Part shown: piece after piece, positions 53,408 through 64,000 of the stretch
How the letters are laid out: the number at the start of each line of letters is the position of its first letter
Numbering within the stretch: position 1 is the stretch's first letter
Assembly: GCF_009914755.1 (NCBI RefSeq)
Contig: NC_060925.1
DNA length: 64,000 nt
Strand: one strand, 5' to 3'
Origin: the human T2T-CHM13v2.0 reference genome, Homo sapiens
Notes under the pieces: generated by a model
What the model was told of the DNA's origin: nothing
Database searches by the model: none
Seen by the model: the letters and a program-made list of their open reading frames with translations, nothing else
Program-made: the position numbers and the translations under genes

Positions 53408-55986
53408 TTACATTTTGGCATGATTTTGCAGTGGCTGGTACTGGTTGTTCCTTTCCATGTTTAGCGCTTCCTTCAGGAGCTCTTTTAGGGCAGGCCTGGT
53501 TGTGACAAAATCTCTCAGCATTTGCTTGTCTGTAAAGTATTTTATTTCTCCTTCACTTATGAAGCTTAGTTTGGCTGGATATGAAATTCTGGGTTGAAAA
53601 TTCTTTTCTTTCTTTTTTTTTTTTAATTGATCATTCTTGGGTGTTTCTCGCAGAGGGGGATTTGGCAGGGTCATAGGACAATAGTGGAAGGAAGGTCAGC
53701 AGATAAACAAGTGAACAAAGGTCTCTGGTTTTCCTAGGCAGAGGACCCTGGGGCCTTCCGCAGTGTTTGTGTCCCTGGGTACTTGAGATTAGGGAGTGGT
53801 GATGACTCTTAACGAGCATGCTGCCTTCAAGCATCTGTTTAACAAAGCACATCTTGCACTGCCCTTAATCCATTTAACCCTGAGTGGACACAGCACATGT
53901 TTCAGAGAGCACCGGGTTGGGGGTAAGGTCATAGATCAACAGCATCCCAAGGCAGAAGAATTTTTCTTAGTACAGAACAAAATGGAGTCTCCTATGTCTA
54001 CTTCTTTCTACACAGACACAGCAACAATCTGATTTCTCTATCTTTTCCCCCCATTTCCCCCTTTTCTATTCAACAAAACCGCCATCGTCATCATGGCCCA
54101 TTCTCAATGAGCTGTTGGGTACACCTCCCAGATGGGGTGGTGGCCGGGCAGAGGGGCTCCTCACTTCCCAGAAGGGGCGGCCGGGCAGAGGCACCCCCCA
54201 CCTCCCGGACAGGGCGGCGGCAGGGCAGAGGCTGGCCCCCACCTCCCTCCCGGACTGGGCGGCTGGCCAGGCGGGGGCTGACCCCCCACCTCCCTCCCGG
54301 ATGGGGCGGCTGGCCGGGCGGGGGCTGACCCCCCACCTCCCTCCCGGACGGGGCGGCTGGCCGGGCGGGGGCTGACCCCCCACCTCCCTCCCGGACGGGG
54401 CGGCTGCCAGGCGGAGACACTCCCCACTTCTCAGACGGGGCAGCTGCCAGGCGGAGGGGCTCCTCACTTCTCAGACGGGGCGGCCGGGCAGAGACGCTCC
54501 TCACCTCCCAGACGGGGTCGCGGCCGGGCAGAGGTGCTCCTCACATCCCAGACGGGGCAGCAGGGCAGAGGCGCTCCCCACATCTCAGACGATGGGCGGC
54601 CGGACAGAGATGCTCCTCACTTCCTAGACGGGATGGCGGCCGGGAAGAGGCGCTCCTCACTTCCCAGACTGGGCAGCCGGGCAGAGGGGCTCCTCACATC
54701 CCAGACGATGGGTGGCCAGGCAGAGACGCTCCTCACTTCCCAGACGGGGTGGCGGCCGGGCAGAGGCTGCAATCTCGGCACTTTGGGAGGCCAAGGCAGG
54801 TGGCTGGGAGGCGGAGGTTGCAGCGAGCTGAGATCATGCCACTGCACTCCAGCCTGGGCACCATTGAGCACTGAGTGAACGAGACTCCATCTGCAATCCC
54901 GGCACCTCGGGAGGCCGAGGCTGGCAGATCACTCCTGGTTAGGAGCTGGAGACCAGCCCGGCCAACACAGCGAAACCCCGTCTCCACCAAAAAAATATGA
55001 AAACCAGTCAGGCATTGAGGCAGGAGAATCAGGCAGGGAGGTTGCAGTGAGCAGAGATGGCGGCAGTACAGTCCAGCTTCGGCTCGGCATCAGAGGGAGA
55101 CCGTGGAAAGAGAGGGAGAGGGAGACCGTGGGGAGAGGGAGAGGGAGAGGGAGAGCGAAAATTCCTTTCTTTAAGAATGTTGAATATTGGCCCCCACTCT
55201 CTTCTGGCTTGTAGAGTTTCTGCCGAGAGATCCGCCGTTAGTCTGATGGGCTTCCCTTTGTGGGTAACCCGACCTTTCTCTCTGGCTGCCCTTAACATTT
55301 TTTCCTTCATTTCAACTTTGGTGAATCTGACAATTATGTGTCTTGGAGTTGCTCCTCTCGAGGAGTATCTTTGTGGCATTCTCTGTATTTCCTGAATCTG
55401 AATGTTGGCCTGCCTTGCTAGATTGGGGAAGTTCTCCTGGATAATATCTTGCAGAGTGTTTTCCAACTTGGTTCCATTCTCCCCGTCACTTTCAGGTACA
55501 CCAGTCAGATGTAGATTTGGTCTTTTCACATAGTCCCATATTTCTTGGAGGCTTTGCTCGTTTCTTTTTATTCTTTTTTCTCTAAACTTCCCTTCTCGCT
55601 TCATTTCATTCACTTCATCTTCCATCGCTGATACCCTTTCTTCCAGTTGACCGCATAGGCTCCTGAGGCTTCCGCATTCTTCACGTAGTTCTTGAGCCTT
55701 GGTTTTCAGCTCCATCAGCTCCTTTAAGCACTTCTCTGTATTGGTTATTCTAGTTATACATTCTTCTAAATTTTTTTCAAAGTTTTCAACTTATTTGCCT
55801 TTGGTTTGAATTTCCTCCCGTAGCTCAGAGTAATTTGATCGTCTGAAGCCTTCTTCTCTCAGCTCGTCAAAGTCATTCTCCATCCAGCTTTGTTCCTTTG
55901 CTGGTGAGGAACTGCATTCCTTTGGAGGAGGAGAGGCGCTCTGCTTTTTAAGAGTTTCCAGTTTTTCTGCTCTGTTTTTTCCCCAT
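53408..55986 (-). pseudogene. L1 ORF1, disrupted
   Basis: ATG at 55986. A 1-nt insertion gives TAA at codon 13, a GAA>TAA stop lies near 55791, and the SVA is inserted in the C-terminal domain. Natural stop at 53408-53410. Confidence 0.95.
53612..55156 (-). mobile_element. SVA retrotransposon (older SVA_B/C-like), about 1.55 kb
   Basis: CCCTCT hexamers (~55090-55156), Alu-like domain, GC-rich VNTR (~54130-54770), SINE-R, poly(A). 16-bp TSD gaaaattc(t/c)tttcttt at 53596-53611 and 55157-55172. Confidence 0.97.
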
Positions 55987-57059
55987 CTTTGTGGTTTTAT
56001 CTACTTTTGGTCTTTGATGATGGTGATGTACAGTTGGGTTTTTGGTGTGGATGTCCTTTCTGTTTATTAGTTTTCCTTCTAACAGACAGGACCCTCAGCT
56101 GCAGGTCTGTTGGAGTACCCGGCCGTGTGAGGTGTCAGTCTGCCCCTGCTGGGGGGTGCCTCCCAGTTAGGCTGCTCGGGGGTCAGGGGTCAGGGACCCA
56201 CTTGAGGAGGCAGTCTGCCCTTTCTCAGATCTCCAGCTGCGTACCGGGAGAACCACTGCTCTCTTCAAAGCTGTCAGACAGGGACATTTAAGTCTGCAGA
56301 GGTTACTGCTTTTTGTTTGTCTGTGCCCTGCCCCCAGAGGTGGAGCCTACAGAGGCAGGCAGGCCTCCTTGAGCTGTGGTGGGCTCCACCCAGTTCGAGC
56401 TTCCCGGCTGCTTTGTTTACCTAAGCCAGCCTGGGCAATGGCAGGCGCCCCTCCCCCAGCCTCGCTGCCGCCTTGCAGTTTGATCTCAGACTGCTGTGCT
56501 AGCAATCAGTGAGACTCCGTGGGCATAGGACCCTCCGAGCCATGTGCGGGATATAATCTCCTGGTGCCCCATTTTTTAAGCCCGTCGGAAAAGCACAGTA
56601 TTCGGGTGGGATGACCCGATTTTCCAGGTGCCATCTGTCACCCGTTTCTTTGACTAGGAAAGGGAACTCCCTGACCCCTTGCGCTTCCCAAGTGAGGCAA
56701 TGCCTCGCCCTGCTTCGGCTCGTGCACGGTGCGCGCACCCACTGACCTGCACCCATTGTCTGGCACTCCCTAGTGAGATGAACCCGGTACCTCAGATGGA
56801 AATGCAGAAATCACCCGTCTTCTGCGTCGCTCACACTGGGAGCTATAGACTGGAGCTGTTCCTATTCGGCCATCTTGGCTCCTCCCTCCTGGTACATCAT
56901 TTTCAAAACTACCATCTTCCTTCACATCTTCAACATAATTAATACATTCAGTAATTATGTGAGCACTCACTGTGACAATTGCTGTTGTAGTGAGTGGTTT
57001 GGGATATATCAGAGAAAATTCTGGAATGTTAGAATGCTCTGGAAAAACAGAGGGTAAAG

Positions 57060-59460
<2,401 letters not shown>

Positions 59461-60056
59461 GATGTTCTCTTTTCTGTGTTTTTACAATGTTACTCATAGG
59501 TCCATGTGCATCTTTTTAGACATCCTCAGATGAGATCTGGCCCAATTACTCAATAAATAGGGTAAGTGCACTATCACTGACTGCTCAGCTGTAACTTTGC
59601 TTACTAGTCAGAATCCCTTCTTACACTGACAGCTGAAAAGCAGGCTGATAGTCACTGCTCCACAGCAGTTTTTAGTGTTCGATGGGCACACACTAAGTAT
59701 GACTCTGTTGGATTTAGGTAGTATCTGATCTTCCTGCCCGGTTCTCTCATCTGTTGAATGGTGGATTGTATTAAACACCATCATTCTCAGAGTGCCCTTA
59801 CCAGGTTGCTTCCTGTCTCCATTTCTAACAACAGCACTTTATTTGTGAAGACTATCTCAGGGTACAACGTGCCTCCAATGTCATCTCCCCTCCCATGGCT
59901 TTTTGTAGTATTAAGACAATAAAGGCCTGGTATGGTGGTTCACACCTGTAATCGTAGCACTTTGGGACGCTGAGGCAGGATAGCATGAGTCTAGGAATTT
60001 GAGACCAGTCTGGGTAACACAGTAAGACCCCGTCTATAAAAAAAATTTAAAAATTA

Positions 60057-60266
<210 letters not shown>

Positions 60267-60624
60267 TTACTCTGGTTGCCTAAAGCACCAGGCAGCTGAG
60301 GGACAGGATCAGGTTTTCTGATTGGGACATGTAAGTTTAAGAGAAAACTGCCTGCCTTCCTCTCCTACAGACACTGTGGACTGAGGTAAAGACATTGCTT
60401 TACTGAGTTAAAAATCACTAAGAAATTCTTCTTAGATTTTGTCAGTATCAGGCATAATTTTTGGTGAAAGAATGCCTTTTCTTTTTCTTATTTTTCCTCC
60501 ATGCACTTTATTGGGAAAATAGGATAGATTAAATCAGGGGTGATTATCCAGATGTTATTGTTAAATAAGCTATGCTTTGAAGTTAAGGCAACAGGTAACA
60601 CATATTGAATAAGCCAAAGTGCTT

Positions 60625-63600
60625 AATTTTTGTTTTCTATGAAATAGTTTATTTCATTGTTCACTATGGAGGGGCTACAAATACACTTCTGATATTAACA
60701 CAAAGGTCTAAACTTTGCAACACTGGTAAAAATGGTTATGAGGAATTGAGAAGCTAGGGAACAGGGCACATGACATTTACATTTGCTCATCTCCCACTAT
60801 ACATTTCAAAACATCAAAGGCACTTACCAAAGTGATTAAATAAGGGAGTGTGGAATTTAAAATAATGACATATACCCAAGACACAAAATAAAGGACTTGA
60901 ATTTTCTTATAGTTTGATTTCTAACATTTTACTGACTAAAATCTCTGCTAATTATGTAATCTACTTTGTGGCTTTAAAATATTGGATACTTTGATTTTAA
61001 GACTACTTTAAATGAAAAGAACCTAATGGAATACCATAAAGCCAGAGTTTTTCCACACCCAATTACAGTAGAAGAGCACCCCTATATCCAGGCAAAAGCA
61101 AAAGGCCCCACTCTTCAGTCACTCATATTGCTTCTCCAGAGAGCACTGTGGAGTCACCTCTCACTGATATACTAACATGTGGCATCTTTGTGGCTTCATA
61201 GGCACATTCATTCAACACACATTTATCTAGCATCTGCCAAGGTTCACAGCACTGTGCTGGGTGCTGGGGAGACAGAAACATGGTGTGGTGCTTACTTTAA
61301 CAAGCTTACATTTATCCCCTGTAATTGGGTTGGTCATGCTTTCTTTTCAATTCCTACTGATTTGTTCCAAGAAGCTTCTTGGAATAAAACAGAAGCCAGA
61401 ATAAATGCATTTGTATTCCCATCCCTAATTCTACTTGGTTTCCAGAAGAAAAAAAAAATCAGAATAAGACTATCTCAAAGTATTAAAGAGGATCTAAACC
61501 CTACATCAATCTAAAGCATTTAGACAAATGCATTTTTAGACAAAAGCATTTAGACAAATTTCATTTGTCTACAACATGGAAAAAACAAGTTAAGAAGTAG
61601 AGCACCTTTCAGCCCTTACTACATTCTAAAACAAACTTGTAAATGCTTTCAAACTGACTTATGCTCTTACTCTCAACTCACAGAAAAATGGAGTCCAATC
61701 ACATTTCCATGTGAAAACACAAAATTAGGTTAACAGAACAGTCATCCTTGACATAGTAATACTCTGACAATACAATTAAGGGGACATCTTCTAATGGCAT
61801 TTGTTCTTAACATGGAAAAACAATTTCTTGCATATTTTCTAATCATAGTGTATATACAGATGTAAATACAGAGTCAATGTGTGCAATGATGCTGACAAGG
61901 CATCAAGCATGTTTTAGAGTATACCGGCAATGAGAGATTTCAATTACTTTATATTCCTGCCTTCTCAGTCTGTACACATATTATCATTTACAGGATAGTC
62001 ACATACTATACAGAATTGAAAGATGCCAATTTTTGCTATCAAAAGTGCTGAAGTTATAATTTCCTAATACAGACTATTGAAATGCACAGAAAGACTACAA
62101 TAGGCAATCTATAGCAGGGCTAACAAAGTATTTCTATATCTCATGTCTATTAATTACCCTTCCTCCATCTTATATAATATTCCATCTTCAGTAATGAACT
62201 TTTATCTAATTAAGAAATCCCCCAGTTTATAAAATCTGAGGGCAATTTCCAGTGAACTTTGTCAGGATAGAGGAACCAAATGACCACAGGTATTACTGAG
62301 TTATAATAAGAAGGAGTAACCAATTAATCAGTATTATAACAACAAAATTGCTGCAAGGCAATAGGCTTCTGTAATTAAACATAAATCACAAAGGTATGGA
62401 TTCAGGCATCAAAATAGTGACGTGATTTCACTGAGTATCAACTAGTATTTGCAAAGCTACTTGAATTTTTCTGTTGATCTTCACTTGTTGTTAAATAATG
62501 ATAGTTTTGATGGTGGTAAAACTTCATTTTTCAAGTGCAGGATGATCTGAGCTGAATGAGAAAAAAAGTAATTAAGGGAGGGAATAAAGGTAGGCCTGGC
62601 ATCAGTTTGAACAATATATTTTTTTCTTCTGTTTTTGATCGTAAGAGGGCTTATATCTCCAAGGTTACCACAATAAAGTCATAACCATGCCAGCCATTTT
62701 AAGGATTTCAGGATTAATCAAGACCAAGAAAGATGAAATGATGAATTACAAACCAAGCCATCACTACTACAAAGTTCCATGAGTGATAATTCTGTTACCC
62801 ATATCCCAGGCAGCAATATGTTTAAATTACAAAGACAGTGACATATATATTGTCAAAAAATTTTACTGTTACTTATTATTTAAATTTAAAAATTTTATAA
62901 TTTTACATTTTGTAATTATTTATTTAAAAGTGGCATATTTTATTAAAAGGAACACTGGAAATATGGATACTTTTTGAGAAGTAATCTTCATCTTCACTTG
63001 TAGATATTATGGAGAAACCAGATTTCTACATCAACTAATGGAAAATTAACCACTTATGAGCCTAGTTCCAATTCAAATAAAGGACATACATACAAATGTT
63101 AGGACTGATTCTGTCCATTCAGTTAAAATATTTCCATTCCTGAATTATTAGCTACTGAAATTCTAAAAATGCTCATTTTTCTGGGTATCTTAACTTAAAA
63201 GATTTATTAGCTGTTCAGATGCTGTTTATATTAATTGACATTTACAAAGAGCATAGAGACCAAAGACAATATACACTATAGTATGTAAGACCTTTATCTC
63301 CTTCTAAATGCTCTAAGCAAACTATAAAATTTAGTAATTCTATTTAGATCTTCTTAGATAACTTGCAGGTGTCTTGAGTGTCTCAGTCTGCTTTCTCTCT
63401 TCAAATTTTTTCCATTCTAAACAGCATTTTTTGCCTCCTAGTAATAATCCTGTAGAATTTTAAAAACAGACAAAAAAACACCAAACCCAGATTCTATGCT
63501 TTATTCATTTTGCATTAAGATGACCAAAGAAATAAAACCTAAATAAAATAAACATAAAATCATTTTTCCCTATTTAAATACTGATAATTTCTATTAACCC

Positions 63601-63852
63601 TATTTTTAATTTAGGGAGTTTTATATTCATATTGTCAAGATATCCAGTGCACAAGTTTCTGCAGAATCACTAATTTTATTATAAAGCTTCCTCTCCCCAC
63701 ACCTTAGGGGACAATGTATTTTCACTCTGACTTGTTTAAAAGACACAAGGAGGTTGGCATATTTTAAAGTTAACACATTTTTTCATTATAAAAACAGGCT
63801 TAGGTTAATGGTCACTCTCTAGCATTTGGTTACCGACTGACTGATTATCATA

Positions 63853-63885
<33 letters not shown>

Positions 63886-63886
63886 T

Positions 63887-63943
<57 letters not shown>

Positions 63944-64000
63944 CTAGGTTCCTGACTTTCTACTACTCATTACTGTTGGCTGATGCAAAATTTGATTGTG
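60625..64000 (-). other. VAMP4: Probable VAMP4 3' UTR; poly(A) signal AATAAA at 60648-60653
   Basis: 3.5 kb of AT-rich sequence with no recognisable interspersed repeat and minus-strand AATAAA. VAMP4 is the next gene on the same strand upstream of MYOC. No VAMP4 CDS is visible, so the call rests on synteny. Confidence 0.65.
63852..63940. repeat. (TG)n(TA)n compound microsatellite
   Basis: Seen directly in the sequence. Confidence 0.97.

Noticed and set aside
54066-54990. Gly/Pro/Arg-rich ORFs and spaced ~40-50 bp repeats
   Set aside because: SVA VNTR; not genes and not a CRISPR array.

Overview
Primate (human-like) genomic DNA that I recognise as the 1q24 MYOC-VAMP4 interval. The left part holds MYOC intron 1, coding exon 1 (minus strand, 12473-13076) and its promoter (TATA, E-box, GT repeat). 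The right end (~60.6-64 kb) is repeat-poor and AT-rich, and is probably the VAMP4 3' UTR (assigned by synteny only). Between them lie processed pseudogenes of PFN1 and RPL4, a full-length L1PA3-type LINE-1 whose ORF1 is split by an SVA, about 40 Alus and older LTR/DNA/L2/MIR relics. The least expected signal is a chain of plus-strand exon-like blocks (24.1-39.4 kb) with canonical splice sites and partly matching phases. They read as a decayed type II membrane protein with tubulin-tyrosine-ligase/ATP-grasp-like motifs, i.e. a candidate unitary pseudogene lying head-to-head with MYOC. Also notable: an SVA-started ORF fused in frame to the L1 ORF1 C-terminus just upstream of an endonuclease-intact 549-aa ORF2, a candidate L1 3' micro-transduction, and several local or dispersed duplications. 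All alignments were done by eye; repeat subfamily names and most repeat boundaries are approximate.
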